DNA of 64,000 bases from Rhodospirillales bacterium (GCA_016794025.1 JAEUKX010000102.1:1538-65537); one strand, 5' to 3'. Positions 49,968-60,354 are shown, counted from the stretch's first letter. Numbers and translations: made by a program. Notes: a model not told the origin generated them from the letters alone.

Positions 49968-51666
49968 GATCGACGCGCTCCTGAAGCGGCACGATCCGCG
50001 CTGGCGGATCGGGATAGCGGTCGTCTTCCTCATCGCCTGCGTGCAGTCGATTGCCGTCGTCGTGCGGCCGCTGCCGATCAACGCGCTCATCTCCGGTCCG
50101 GCGCCAGAATCCTGGTGGGGCCGCATCGAAGCGGCGCTGACCCGCGATATCGACCGCATCTGGCTCTATGTCGGCCTGATATTCGCGATCGAAGTGGTCG
50201 TGCTGATCTTCTTCCTGCTGTCGGAGTACCGCACGTCGGCGCTGTCGGAGCGGATCATCCGGTCGATCCGCGGCGCGATCGCGCTCAACCTGCTGCGTGG
50301 GCCTTACGCGCAGATCTCGAAGATGGGTCCGGGTGGCGTGCTCGCGGCCGCGTCGGGCGATCTCGAGGCCGTACAGCGGCTGCTGCGCGAGGCGCTCGTC
50401 CATGCAGGTGTGGCCGTGCTGCAGCTCGTCTTGATGCTCGTCGTCATCTTCTTCGTCGAGACGTGGCTCTTCTACATCCTGCTGGCGGAAATCGCGGTCC
50501 TCATCTGCGCGATCTTCTGGTACGCCCTGTGGCGCAAGAAGAAGTACATCGAGAAGATGGCCCTCGATCAGGGCTATCTCGGCTATCTCGCCTCGCTCTA
50601 CCAGAAAAACCTCGATGTCCGGTTCACCGGGCTCGGGGCGGCGTTCATCGTCCGCCTCCTTTCCGGTGCGCGGAAGCTCTCGTCGATGAACAGGCTCCTC
50701 TGGCGACGGCACGGCGCCTATTACGGACTGGTCGAGTTCGTGATCGGCATGTCGTCCGCGGTCTGCCTCGTGCTGCTGTTCGTGACGACCGACGGGCCGC
50801 CGCAGATCGGCAAGTTCCTGATCTTTGCCTATTACACGATGCTGATCTTCCCGAGCCTCAGCCGCATCGGCGAAGCATGGCCGATGCTGAACGACGCCCG
50901 GCTCGCGCTGAAGCGCATATCGGCGACGACCGACGGCCTCGACGGCGTGCTGGCCGGGAAGGGCGCCCGGGTGCCGGCGTCGTTCGGCGAGATCCGGTTC
51001 GAGGACGTGACGCTTGTCTCCGACCGCGGCGAGACGCTGCTGCATCCGTTCTCGCTGTCGATCCGGCCCGGCGAAAAGATCGGCCTGTTCGGCGATTCGG
51101 GCTCCGGGAAGACGACGCTGATCTTCATGCTGCTCGGCATGCACAGGCCGTCTTCCGGCCGCATCACGGTCGATGGCCGCGACGTGACGAGCCTCAGTCT
51201 CAGCGACCGCAAGCGGCTGTTCTTTTTCGGACGTGCCGCGACGGCGTTCGTGCAGGGAACGGTCGAGGACAACGTCGCCATTCATCGACATCTTGCGGAC
51301 GAAATTTGGGCGAGGACGCTCGACCGCGTGAAGATGGAGCGCCGCATCGCGGGCGAGCCTGCCGGCATCAAGGCGCCGGTTGGCGACAAGGGCGAGCCGT
51401 TCTCGGGCGGCGAACAGCAGCGGCTGGCCTTTGCGCGCGCGCTGCTGACGGATGCGCCCTGCCTGATTCTCGACGAGACGCTTGCCTCGCTCGACGAGGA
51501 GACGGAGATGTTCATGCTGGGCAGACTTCTTGAGGATTTTCCCGAGAAGACGGTGATCTGCGTTTCGCACCGCCGGCAGGTCGGCACGTTGTTCAGTCGA
51601 CGCATCATGGTCCGCCGGGGCGGGCACGTGAGCGTCGCCGAGGGCCCTTTGGGAGAAAGCGCATGA
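49954..51666 (+). CDS. Fused TMD-NBD ABC exporter (type I exporter fold)
   Basis: ATG at 49954 overlaps the upstream gene by 14 nt. About six TM segments, Walker A GDSGSGKTT, signature FSGGEQQRLAFARAL, Walker B CLILDE, H-loop VSHR. Confidence 0.8.
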
Positions 51667-52442
51667 GCGAGAGCTGCGACGTCGAAGCATCGGCCCGTGA
51701 CCTGATGGCGGCGCGCATGTCCGCGCGCACGATGGCCGGCTGGCCGTCGCGCCCGCCCGGTGCCTTCTGGGAGGCATTCGCGATCCACGCCGCCGCGGCC
51801 CGCCTTCCCGGCCATTCCGTCACCGGCTGGAAGGTCGGCAACGTGACCGAGGAACAGCGCACGAAGTCGGGAATCCCGACGGTCACCTGTGCGCCGCTGC
51901 TCGCACCGTGGACGAAGGCTTCGCCGGCACGTTTCGAGCGCGCGAAGTTCCTCGCCCCCAAGATCGAGTGCGAATTCGCGTTCGCGCTTGCCAAGGACCT
52001 GCCGGCCCGCAAGACGCCCTATAGCCACGCGGAAGTGGCCGATGCGGTCGGCGCCATGCATCCCGCCGTCGAGATCGTCGATATCCGTCTTGCCGGCGGC
52101 TATGCGAGCCCGGCGGTCGAGGCGCTGGCCGACTGCATGGCCAGCGGCGGGTTCGTGCCGGGTCCCGCCAGCCGCGACTGGCGCAAGTTCGATCTCGGCA
52201 AGGCCGGGATCGTGCTGTCGGCCGACGGGCGCGAGGTGGCACGCGCCACAGGTGCAGTCATTCTCGGCAACCCGTTCGAGGCGCTTGTCCTTCTGGCCAA
52301 CAATCCACCGCCCTGGACGACGCTCGCTGCCGGGCAGATCGTGACCACGGGTTCCTGCACCGTGCCTTTCGCTTTCGATGGGCCCGGCACGTTCGTCGCG
52401 GATTACGGTGCACTGGGATCGGTTTCGGTCGTATTTGCATGA
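51663..52442 (+). CDS. 2-keto-4-pentenoate hydratase/2-oxohepta-3-ene-1,7-dioate hydratase (MhpD-like, FAH superfamily) family protein
   Basis: ATGA overlap with the ABC gene. It has GWKVG..., PKIECEFAF, PAVEIVD.R and AGQIVTTGS, a pattern typical of MhpD/XylJ-like enzymes. Confidence 0.7.
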   Translation: MSESCDVEASARDLMAARMSARTMAGWPSRPPGAFWEAFAIHAAAARLPGHSVTGWKVGNVTEEQRTKSGIPTVTCAPLLAPWTKASPARFERAKFLAPKIECEFAFALAKDLPARKTPYSHAEVADAVGAMHPAVEIVDIRLAGGYASPAVEALADCMASGGFVPGPASRDWRKFDLGKAGIVLSADGREVARATGAVILGNPFEALVLLANNPPPWTTLAAGQIVTTGSCTVPFAFDGPGTFVADYGALGSVSVVFA

Positions 52443-52504
52443 GTGCTTGAATCGGGGCGGCTGTTTCTCCAAGTTTTGGGGGTGCATTGGAAGGAGACAG
52501 GAAT

Positions 52505-52993
52505 ATGGCCGCATCGAAGGCGCCGAAGATCGACATCGGGATCGACGCAAAGACGCGCGCGAAGATCGTCGCGGGCCTGTCGGCCCTGCTTGCGGACAGC
52601 TACACGCTTTACCTGATGACGCACAATTTCCACTGGAACGTCACGGGCCCGCAGTTCAACAGCCTGCATGCCATGTTCATGGTCCAGTACACCGAACAGT
52701 GGAACGCGCTCGACCTCATCGCCGAGCGCATCCGCGCGCTTGGCCATCCTGCGCCGGGCACCTATGCCGAGTTCGGCAAGCTCACCTCCATCAAGGAGGT
52801 GAAAGGCGTGCCGAAGGCCGAAAGCATGGTCGCCCACCTTGTCGCCGCGCAGGAAGCCACAGCGCGCACCGCGCGCAAGCTGCTGCCCGTCGTCTCGAAG
52901 GCGGATGACCAGCCGACCATGGACCTGCTGACCCAGCGCCTCGACGTCCACGAGAAGACCGCGTGGATGCTGCGCAGCGTGCTGGAAGACTGA
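52505..52993 (+). CDS. dps: DNA starvation/stationary-phase protection protein Dps
   Basis: ATG at 52505 lies 7 nt after AAGGAGA. Ferroxidase-site context [19 protein letters not shown]...Y. Confidence 0.9.
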   Translation: MAASKAPKIDIGIDAKTRAKIVAGLSALLADSYTLYLMTHNFHWNVTGPQFNSLHAMFMVQYTEQWNALDLIAERIRALGHPAPGTYAEFGKLTSIKEVKGVPKAESMVAHLVAAQEATARTARKLLPVVSKADDQPTMDLLTQRLDVHEKTAWMLRSVLED

Positions 52994-53001
52994 CGGTTCC
53001 C

Positions 53002-54192
53002 GTGGGGCGGCCCGCAGCCCTTCTGCTGGCCGCCCGTGCGCTGCGCGACTTCGGCGACAGTTTCGTTGCCGTCCTGCTGCCCATCCATCTGCTTTCCCGC
53101 GGGCTCGCGCCCTTCGAGGTCGGCGTCGTGTCGACCGTTTCGCTGCTTGGCTCTGCCGCGCTGACGCTTGGCGTGGGCTTCGTCGGCGCGCGCTTCGGCA
53201 CGCGTCGGCTGCTTGTCGCCGCTGCCGCCTTGATGGCCGCGACCGGGCTGGCGTTTGCCGGCGTCGAGAGTTACGCCGTGCTGCTCGTGGTCGCGTTCGT
53301 CGGTACGGTCAATCCGAGCGCCGGCAGCGCCAGCGTTTTTGCCTCGCTCGAGCAGGCTGCCCTCGCTTCGGCGGCAACTGCGACCGACCGCACGCGGCTC
53401 TTTTCCAACTACAGTCTGGTGGGGTCTCTCGCCAGCGCACTCGGTGCGCTTGCGGCGGCCGTCCCCGATCTTGTGCCGGCCCTCGGGATCGGGCGCACCG
53501 CCGCAGTCGATGCGATGTTCGTGCTCTATGCGCTGCTGGGCGTGATGGGCGGGTTCCTCTACTGGCGTCTGCCGGCACCTGCGCATGCGGCCGGACCCGT
53601 CCGACAGGCGGCCCTGGGCCAGTCGCGCGGGATCGTGGTGCGTCTGGCCGCTCTCTTCAGTCTCGATTCCTTCGCGGGCGGCTTCGTCGTCCAGTCGCTG
53701 ATGGTCCTGTGGCTGTTCGAGCGGTTCGGGCTGTCGCTTGCCGAGGCGGGCGCCTTCTTCTTCTGGTCCGGGCTGCTGTCGGCCGCATCGTTCCCGGTCG
53801 CCACGCGGCTTGCGAGCCGCTTCGGGCTCGTCAACACGATGGTCTGGACGCACATCCCGGCGAGCCTCGCCTTGATCGGCGCGGCGTTCGTTCCTTCCCT
53901 TGTGGTGGCCCTCGTCCTGCTGTCGTTGCGCGCATTCCTGTCGCAGATGGACGTGCCGACGCGCTCATCCTATGTCATGGCGGTGGTGACGGAGCCCGAG
54001 CGGCCTGCGGCGGCGAGCTTCACGGCCGTCCCGCGCAGTCTGGCCGCCGCGATGAGCCCCGCCATCGCGGGCGCGCTTTTCGCGGCATCGCTGCCGGCGG
54101 CACCGCTGGTTCTTTGCGGTAGCCTCAAGATCCTTTACGACGTTCTCCTGTTGCGCCAGTTCCGGCACATCCGGCCGCCGGAAGAGGCGTGA
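53002..54192 (+). CDS. MFS transporter
   Basis: About 12 hydrophobic segments. The start is uncertain: GTG 53002 lies just after the dps stop, while the track ORF starts at 52963 inside dps. Confidence 0.7.
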   Translation: MGRPAALLLAARALRDFGDSFVAVLLPIHLLSRGLAPFEVGVVSTVSLLGSAALTLGVGFVGARFGTRRLLVAAAALMAATGLAFAGVESYAVLLVVAFVGTVNPSAGSASVFASLEQAALASAATATDRTRLFSNYSLVGSLASALGALAAAVPDLVPALGIGRTAAVDAMFVLYALLGVMGGFLYWRLPAPAHAAGPVRQAALGQSRGIVVRLAALFSLDSFAGGFVVQSLMVLWLFERFGLSLAEAGAFFFWSGLLSAASFPVATRLASRFGLVNTMVWTHIPASLALIGAAFVPSLVVALVLLSLRAFLSQMDVPTRSSYVMAVVTEPERPAAASFTAVPRSLAAAMSPAIAGALFAASLPAAPLVLCGSLKILYDVLLLRQFRHIRPPEEA

Positions 54193-54201
54193 GACCGGCG
54201 C

Positions 54202-55617
54202 CTAGCGCACCCAGGCAATCCGCAGGATGTTCGTGGCGCCGGGCGTGCCGAACGGCACGCCGGCTGTGATCGCGATCGTCTCGCCGGGATCCGCGAAGCC
54301 CTGTGCCTTGGCCACCTCGCAGGCCTTGTCGACCATCTTCGTGAACGACGCGAACTCCTCCGATACGACCGTGTGGGTGCCCCAGCACAGGACCAGCCGC
54401 CTAGCGGTGCGCAGGTTCTGGGTCAGGCACAGGATCGGCGCTTCGGGCCGCTCGCGCGCGGCCCGAAGCGTCGTCGAGCCCGAGGTCGTGAACGTCACGA
54501 TGGCCGCTGCCTTGATCGTGCGCGCAACCTGCGCGGCGGCGGCGGTGATCGCGTCGGCGGCTGTCGGTTCGGGCGCGGCATGGTCGGCATCCATGATGGG
54601 CCGGTAGAGCGGATCGGCTTCCACGCGCGCGATGATGCGCTCCATGATGGTCACGGCTTCGTGCGGATACTGACCCGAGGCTGTTTCGGCCGAAAGCATG
54701 ACCGCGTCCGCGCCGTCGTAGACGGCCGTGGCGACGTCGGATGCTTCCGCCCGGGTGGGCGTGGGCGAATTGATCATCGATTCGAGCATCTGCGTGGCCA
54801 CAATGACCGGGCGGCCGAGACGGCGGCAGGTGCGCACGATACGCTTCTGCATGCCCGGCACGTCCTCGGGCATCATTTCCACGCCCAGATCCCCGCGCGC
54901 CACCATAACGGAGTCCGAAAGCTCGACGATTTCCTCGAGCCGGTCGATCGCCGACGGCTTCTCGAGCTTGGCGCACACGCCCGCCCGGCCCTGGACAAGC
55001 TTCTTTGCCTCCGCGATGTCATCGGGGCGCTGAACGAACGACAGCGCGACCCAGTCCACGCCCAACTCGAGCGCAAAAGCAAGGTCGCGGCGATCCTTCT
55101 CGGTCAGCGCGGAGATCGGCAGCACAGTGCCCGGAACATTGACGCCCTTGCGGTCGGATATCGCGCCGCCGACCAGCACGCGGCAGGTCGCGTGCGTGGC
55201 CGAAGTCTCGATGGCCTCGAGACGCAGCTTGCCGTCGTCGACGAGAAGATGCTGACCGGGCGATAGCGCCTCGAAAATCTCCGGATGGAGCAGGGGGGCA
55301 CGCGTCGCGTCACCTGGCGTCTTGTCCATGTCCAGTCGGAAGGTCGCGCCGGCCTTGAGCTGGGCCGATCCGTCCCGGAACGTCCCGACGCGCAGCTTAG
55401 GGCCCTGCAGGTCCGCCAGGACGGCGACAGGGCGGCCCGTCTTCGCCTCGAGCGCGCGCAGCGTGTCGTACCGCTTGCGGTGATCCTCGTGCGCGCCGTG
55501 GCTGAAATTCAGGCGGAAGACGTCCACGCCCGCCTTGAAAAGGCGCTCGATGACGGCCGGATCGGTTGTCGCGGGACCGAGCGTGGCGACAATCTTGGTT
55601 GCACAAATTCGGCGCAA
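54202..55617 (-). CDS. pyk: Pyruvate kinase
   Basis: 471 aa with KIVATLGPAT, FRLNFSHG, MVARGDLGVE and ATQMLESM. Confidence 0.9.
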   Translation of the reverse strand: MRRICATKIVATLGPATTDPAVIERLFKAGVDVFRLNFSHGAHEDHRKRYDTLRALEAKTGRPVAVLADLQGPKLRVGTFRDGSAQLKAGATFRLDMDKTPGDATRAPLLHPEIFEALSPGQHLLVDDGKLRLEAIETSATHATCRVLVGGAISDRKGVNVPGTVLPISALTEKDRRDLAFALELGVDWVALSFVQRPDDIAEAKKLVQGRAGVCAKLEKPSAIDRLEEIVELSDSVMVARGDLGVEMMPEDVPGMQKRIVRTCRRLGRPVIVATQMLESMINSPTPTRAEASDVATAVYDGADAVMLSAETASGQYPHEAVTIMERIIARVEADPLYRPIMDADHAAPEPTAADAITAAAAQVARTIKAAAIVTFTTSGSTTLRAARERPEAPILCLTQNLRTARRLVLCWGTHTVVSEEFASFTKMVDKACEVAKAQGFADPGETIAITAGVPFGTPGATNILRIAWVR

Positions 55618-55647
55618 GGGCGCCCTCCCGGTTCTTGTTGGCCTTCT

Positions 55648-56892
55648 TCAGGTCACGACTATAGCGCGGAAATCGTTGACGTTGGTATGCGTCGGACCCG
55701 TCACGACAAGATCATCGAGGCTGGCGAAAAACCCGTAGCCGTCGTTGTCGGCGAGCCGGGCAGTTGCGTCGAGGCCCTTCGCCCGCGCCCGCGCGAGCGT
55801 GTCGGGCGTCACGATTGCGCCGGCATTGTCCTGCGTGCCGTCGATCCCGTCGGTGTCGCCGGCAATGGCCCAGATCCCCGGCATGGCATCGAGGGACACG
55901 GCCAGTGCGAGGGCAAACTCCGCATTGCGCCCGCCGCGGCCGTTGCCACGCACCGTTACGGTCGTCTCGCCGCCGGAAAGCAGCACGCATGGCGCCCGGA
56001 CCGGGCCCGTGCCGGCGCGGATCGCGCGCACGAGAGCCGCGTGCGCGGCGGCAACTTCGCGGCTTTCGCCTTCGAGATCGGGGCCAAGCGAATGGACGGC
56101 AAACCCGGCGTCTTTTGCCAGTCTGGCCGCGGCGTCGAGCGACTGGATCGGGGCGGCGATCAGGCGGAATTCCGCGTTGGGCAGCGCCTTTGGCGTTTCC
56201 GAGGCCGGATCTGAGAGGCGCGTGGCGATTGCGGGCGACGGCGAGATCGCGTACTTCGCGAGCACGGCCCGCGCATCGGCAAGCGTTGTGGGGTCGGCCA
56301 CCGTCGGGCCCGAGCCGATTGTCGAAGCATCGTCGCCCGGCACATCGGAGATGGCCAGCGTCAGCACGCGCGCCGGGGCCGCGGCCTGCGCGAGCCGGCC
56401 GCCGGAGATGCTCGACAGGTGCTTTCGTACCGCGTTCATCTCGACGATGTTGGCGCCGGACTTCAGCAATGCCGAGGTCAGCGCGCGGAATTCGTCGAGG
56501 GCCACGGGTGCCGCCGGAAGGCTCAGCACTGCCGACCCGCCACCCGACATCAACGCCACCACCAGATCGCCGGGACCGAGGCCGCGCACCGTTTCGAGCA
56601 TGCGGCCGGCGGCTTCCATCCCGGCGCCATCCGGTACGGGATGCGCCGCCTCGACAATCTCGATCTGCCGGCACGGCACGCCGTGGCCATAGCGCGTGAC
56701 GACAAGGCCGGAGAGCGGACCGTCCCAGGCATCCTCGAACGCGCGTGCCATCGCCGCCGACGCCTTGCCTGCACCCACCACGACGAGACGGCCTTCCGGC
56801 CGCCGCGGGAGAAAAAGCGGCATGCGGATCGCCGGTTGGGCGGCCGCCACGGCGGCATCGAAGAGCGACAGCAGGAAAAGGCGCGGATCCAT
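55648..56892 (-). CDS. Glycerate 2-kinase / hydroxypyruvate reductase-like (DUF4147 + MOFRL, TtuD/GckA type)
   Basis: 414 aa with VVGAGKASAAMA, LMSGGGSA, NAVRKHLS.IKGG-like (NAVRKHLSSISGG) and a C-terminal LLSGGETTVTV.G.G.GGRN. Confidence 0.8.
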   Translation of the reverse strand: MDPRLFLLSLFDAAVAAAQPAIRMPLFLPRRPEGRLVVVGAGKASAAMARAFEDAWDGPLSGLVVTRYGHGVPCRQIEIVEAAHPVPDGAGMEAAGRMLETVRGLGPGDLVVALMSGGGSAVLSLPAAPVALDEFRALTSALLKSGANIVEMNAVRKHLSSISGGRLAQAAAPARVLTLAISDVPGDDASTIGSGPTVADPTTLADARAVLAKYAISPSPAIATRLSDPASETPKALPNAEFRLIAAPIQSLDAAARLAKDAGFAVHSLGPDLEGESREVAAAHAALVRAIRAGTGPVRAPCVLLSGGETTVTVRGNGRGGRNAEFALALAVSLDAMPGIWAIAGDTDGIDGTQDNAGAIVTPDTLARARAKGLDATARLADNDGYGFFASLDDLVVTGPTHTNVNDFRAIVVT

Positions 56893-56951
56893 CCTGCCGG
56901 CAAGCCTAGCAGGGGCTTTCCCACGCGCGCTATAGTCGCAACCCGAAGAAC

Positions 56952-57749
56952 ATGGACGATTCCCGCCCCCTGCTTTCGCCTGGCGATCCGGCCCCTTTCA
57001 CCGAAATTCCGGCCGCGCGCCAAACGGCGCTCGTGCTCGTGTGCGACCATGCGGGCCGCGCTGTCCCGCGCGCGCTTGGCGACATGGGCGTGCCTCCGGC
57101 GGAATGGGAACGCCACATTGCGTGGGATATCGGCGCGCTCGAGGTCTCCCGGCATCTGGCTGCGCGCTTCGGGTGCGCCCTCGTTGCAAGCGTCTATTCG
57201 CGCCTCGTCCTCGACTGCAACCGCAGGCCTGACGATCCCGGCCTGTGCCCCGAGGTTTCCGACGGCACGCCGGTTCCCGCGAACATGGGGCTCTCGGCGG
57301 CAGAACGCGCGCGCCGACTTGCCGCTCTGCACGTGCCCTATCACGATGCGATCCGCCGCACGCTCGCCGCGGTGCGCGCGAAGGGGCAGGTCCCCGTCGT
57401 GGTGTCGATGCATTCCTGCACGCCCGTCTTCAAGGGGCACGAGCGACCCTGGCACATCGGCGTGCTGTGGAAATCCGATCCGCGCCTGCCGAAGCCGCTG
57501 ATGGAGCGGCTTGCCCGTGCGCCCGGCATCGAGGTGGGCGACAACCAGCCCTACGATGCGCGCGACGGGCACGGCTTCACGATGCGCGAGCATTGCGAGC
57601 GTGCCGGCTTTCCGCACGCGCTGATCGAGGTCCGCCAGGACCTGATCGATACGCGCGCCGGCTGCGAACGCTGGGCGGCGATCTTCGGAGATGCGCTTGC
57701 ACCGCTGGTGGACAGGCCGGAATTGGCGCGTGTCGAGGTGCACCCGTGA
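56952..57749 (+). CDS. N-formylglutamate amidohydrolase (FGase/HutG) family protein
   Basis: 265 aa with LVCDHAG..VP, SRLVLDCNR and VSMHSCTPV, all hallmarks of the FGase family. Confidence 0.8.
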   Translation: MDDSRPLLSPGDPAPFTEIPAARQTALVLVCDHAGRAVPRALGDMGVPPAEWERHIAWDIGALEVSRHLAARFGCALVASVYSRLVLDCNRRPDDPGLCPEVSDGTPVPANMGLSAAERARRLAALHVPYHDAIRRTLAAVRAKGQVPVVVSMHSCTPVFKGHERPWHIGVLWKSDPRLPKPLMERLARAPGIEVGDNQPYDARDGHGFTMREHCERAGFPHALIEVRQDLIDTRAGCERWAAIFGDALAPLVDRPELARVEVHP

Positions 57750-58891
57750 ACGAACCCGCTTTCACGCTGGGCGTCGAGGAGGAATATCTCCTCGTGGACC
57801 GCGCGACGCGCGACATCGCGCGCGAACCGCCTGCTTCGCTGATCGGCGAGGTCGAGACGCGGCTCGCGGCGCTGGGGTTGGCCGGGCAGGCGAGCCCGGA
57901 GTTCCTTCGCGCGCAGATCGAGGTGCAGACGCGCGTCTGCCGCAGCGCCGGCGAAGCGCGCGGCGAACTGGTGCGGCTGCGCGGGGCCGTGGCCGACGTC
58001 GCCGCCGCGCATGGTCTTGCCCCGGTCGCCGCGGCGACCCATCCGTTCGCGCTGTGGCGCGGTGTCGAGGCGACCGATCGCGACCGCTATCGCGCGCTCG
58101 AGCGCGATCTGCAGGGCGTCGGGCGGCGGCTCGTGATCTGCGGGCTGCACGTGCATGTCGGGATCGAGGATGACGAACTGCGCATCGACCTGATGAACCA
58201 GGTCGGCTATTTCCTGCCGCATCTGCTGGCGCTTTCCACCTCGTCGCCGTTCTGGCAGGGCGAGGATTCCGGGCTGGCGAGCTATCGCGTGGCTATCTTC
58301 AATGAACTGCCGCGCACGGGGCCGCCGGACCACTTCGAAAGCTATGGCGAATACCGCCGCCAGCTCGACCGGCTGGTGCGCGCTGGCGTGATCGAAGACG
58401 CCTCGAAGCTGTGGTGGGACGTACGCCCTTCGGCACGCTTTCCCACGCTCGAGATGCGTATCACCGACATGTGCCCGTATCTCGACGATGCGATCGCGAT
58501 CGCGGCGCTCTACCAGTGCATCCTGTCGATGCTCTGGCGGCTCAAGCGCCAGAACCAGCGCTGGCGCATCTACCCGAACATGCTGGTCAAGGAGAACCGC
58601 TGGCGCGCCCAGCGCTACGGCTTCGACAACGGCCTCGTCGATTTCGGCAAGGGCGAGGTCGTGGCCTATGCCGACCTTCTGGAGGAACTCATCGATCTCG
58701 TTCGGCCGGATGCCGAGCGCCTCGGCTGCACCACGGAGATCGCAGATACCCGGCGGATCCTGAAGCGCGGTACCTCGGCGCATCGGCAGCGCAAGGCCTA
58801 TGCCGCAGCGGTCGCCGCCGGAGCCGCGCCGGCCGAAGCGCTTCGGGCCGTCGTCGACGGCCTCATCGCGGAGACGGCAGAGGGTTTGTAG
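57746..58891 (+). CDS. Carboxylate-amine ligase (YbdK / glutamate-cysteine ligase family 2)
   Basis: GTG at 57746 forms a GTGA overlap with the upstream stop. It has FTLGVEEEYLLVD, GLHVHVG, SSPFW.G.DSG..S.R and WWDVRP....PTLEMRI.D. Confidence 0.85.
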   Translation: MNEPAFTLGVEEEYLLVDRATRDIAREPPASLIGEVETRLAALGLAGQASPEFLRAQIEVQTRVCRSAGEARGELVRLRGAVADVAAAHGLAPVAAATHPFALWRGVEATDRDRYRALERDLQGVGRRLVICGLHVHVGIEDDELRIDLMNQVGYFLPHLLALSTSSPFWQGEDSGLASYRVAIFNELPRTGPPDHFESYGEYRRQLDRLVRAGVIEDASKLWWDVRPSARFPTLEMRITDMCPYLDDAIAIAALYQCILSMLWRLKRQNQRWRIYPNMLVKENRWRAQRYGFDNGLVDFGKGEVVAYADLLEELIDLVRPDAERLGCTTEIADTRRILKRGTSAHRQRKAYAAAVAAGAAPAEALRAVVDGLIAETAEGL

Positions 58892-58943
58892 CGCCACCCC
58901 GGCCCGCCTATATTCCGTCGGGGATCTGATCCCGGAGGACGAC

Positions 58944-59237
58944 ATGGACGACAAGACCCGCACCGAGCTTGAGGCTGCCGCGTTCCGTCGGCTGGTGGCA
59001 CATCTGCGCGAACGGACCGACGTGCAGAACATCGACCTGATGAACCTTGCGGGCTTCTGCCGCAACTGCCTGTCAAAATGGTACCTTGCCGCCGCCCAGG
59101 AAAAGGGCGTTACCCTCAGCGATCCGCAGGCGCGCGAGGTCGTCTACGGCATGCCGTACGACGAGTGGAAGTCGAAATACCAGACCGAGGCGAACGCCGA
59201 TCAGAAGGCGAAATTCGCCGTCTCCCACAAGCATTAG
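58944..59237 (+). CDS. DUF1244 family protein
   Basis: ATG at 58944. 97 aa with AAAFRRLV.HLRERTDVQNIDLMNLAGFCRNCLSKWY, which matches my memory of DUF1244. Confidence 0.75.
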   Translation: MDDKTRTELEAAAFRRLVAHLRERTDVQNIDLMNLAGFCRNCLSKWYLAAAQEKGVTLSDPQAREVVYGMPYDEWKSKYQTEANADQKAKFAVSHKH

Positions 59238-59251
59238 CCCCGCTTTGCACC

Positions 59252-59260
59252 TTATCCACA
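59252..59260 (+). promoter_or_regulatory. Perfect DnaA-box consensus (TTATCCACA) upstream of gapR
   Basis: An exact 9-mer lies 87 nt upstream of the 59347 start codon, in the 109-nt intergenic region. Confidence 0.3.
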
Positions 59261-59346
59261 GCGTCGGGCGATTTCGTCTGGCGGCCTGCGGCGCACACGG
59301 CTAGCTTCGCGCACCTTCGAAAAGACTCGAGCGCGGAGACGGAAAC

Positions 59347-59598
59347 ATGGCGGACGGCGGCGATACGGGCGGCATTGCAGCGGCGAAACTGCGGTCGTTC
59401 GTCGAACGCATCGAGCGTCTCGAGACCGAGAAGGCCGACCTCGCCGCCGACATCCGCGAGGTCTATGCCGAGGCCAAGGGCAACGGCTTCGACACCAAGA
59501 TCATGCGCCAGGTGATCAAGCTGCGCAAAATGGAAGAGCCCGACCGCAAGGAGCAGGACGAGCTCCTCGACCTCTACCGCGCGGCGCTGGAAGTCTAG
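59347..59598 (+). CDS. gapR: GapR-like nucleoid-associated protein (DUF2312)
   Basis: 83 aa with LRSFVERIERLETEKADLAADIREVYAEAKGNGFDTKIMRQVIKLRKM, the canonical DUF2312 sequence. Confidence 0.8.
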   Translation: MADGGDTGGIAAAKLRSFVERIERLETEKADLAADIREVYAEAKGNGFDTKIMRQVIKLRKMEEPDRKEQDELLDLYRAALEV

Positions 59599-59599
59599 G

Positions 59600-60244
59600 T
59601 CAGGGCTTCTTCGAAAGCTCGGTAAGGCGCGACTGCATCGCCTCGAGCTGCTTGCGCAGCTCGTCGAGCGATTCCCCGCCCTGTTCGGCGGCCGGTGCCG
59701 GCTCGCCGACGGCGGGCTTGGCGCCTTCGAAGCCGAACGGCGACCACATCTTCATCGCGTTCTGAAGCATCGCCATGTTCTGCTTGCCGATCTCCTCCAT
59801 CGTGCCCATGGGCGCGCCGAAGGGGAACATGCCGCCGAACGCCTGCTGCATGGCGTTGCGCATCTGCTCCTGGTTGCGCGAGAAGGCCGACATGGAATTC
59901 TCGAGATAGCGCGGCACCAGGGCCTGAAGGTTGTCGCCGTAGAAGGAGATGAGCTGGCGAAGGAACGTCACCGGCAGCATGTTCTGGCCGCCCTTGCTCT
60001 CTTCCTCGACGATGATCTGGGTGAGCACGCTGCGCGTGATGTCCTCGCCGGTCTTGGCGTCGTGGACCACGAAATCGGTCCCCTGCTTCACCATCTGGCA
60101 AAGATGGTCGAGGGTCACATAGCTCGACGTCGCCGTGTTGTAGAGGCGCCGGTTCGCATATTTCTTGATCTTGACGGGCTCGGAGCCGGTGCCTGTGGTG
60201 GACGGAGCATCGGCGGCGGGAGGCACGTTTGCGGTATCGCTCAT
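59600..60244 (-). CDS. phaR: Polyhydroxyalkanoate synthesis repressor PhaR
   Basis: Internal ATG at 60244. It has IKKYANRRLYNT..S.YVTL..L..MV and a PHB_acc C-terminal region. Confidence 0.9.
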   Translation of the reverse strand: MSDTANVPPAADAPSTTGTGSEPVKIKKYANRRLYNTATSSYVTLDHLCQMVKQGTDFVVHDAKTGEDITRSVLTQIIVEEESKGGQNMLPVTFLRQLISFYGDNLQALVPRYLENSMSAFSRNQEQMRNAMQQAFGGMFPFGAPMGTMEEIGKQNMAMLQNAMKMWSPFGFEGAKPAVGEPAPAAEQGGESLDELRKQLEAMQSRLTELSKKP

Positions 60245-60354
60245 GAACTTAAACTCGCATGGCGGCGGCCGATCTCGCAAGCGCACACTAAATCGGCAGT
60301 AGGTAATATAATACCGTGCTCGGGAGACCTTGTCTCGGCTAGGCTCGCTGGCAA

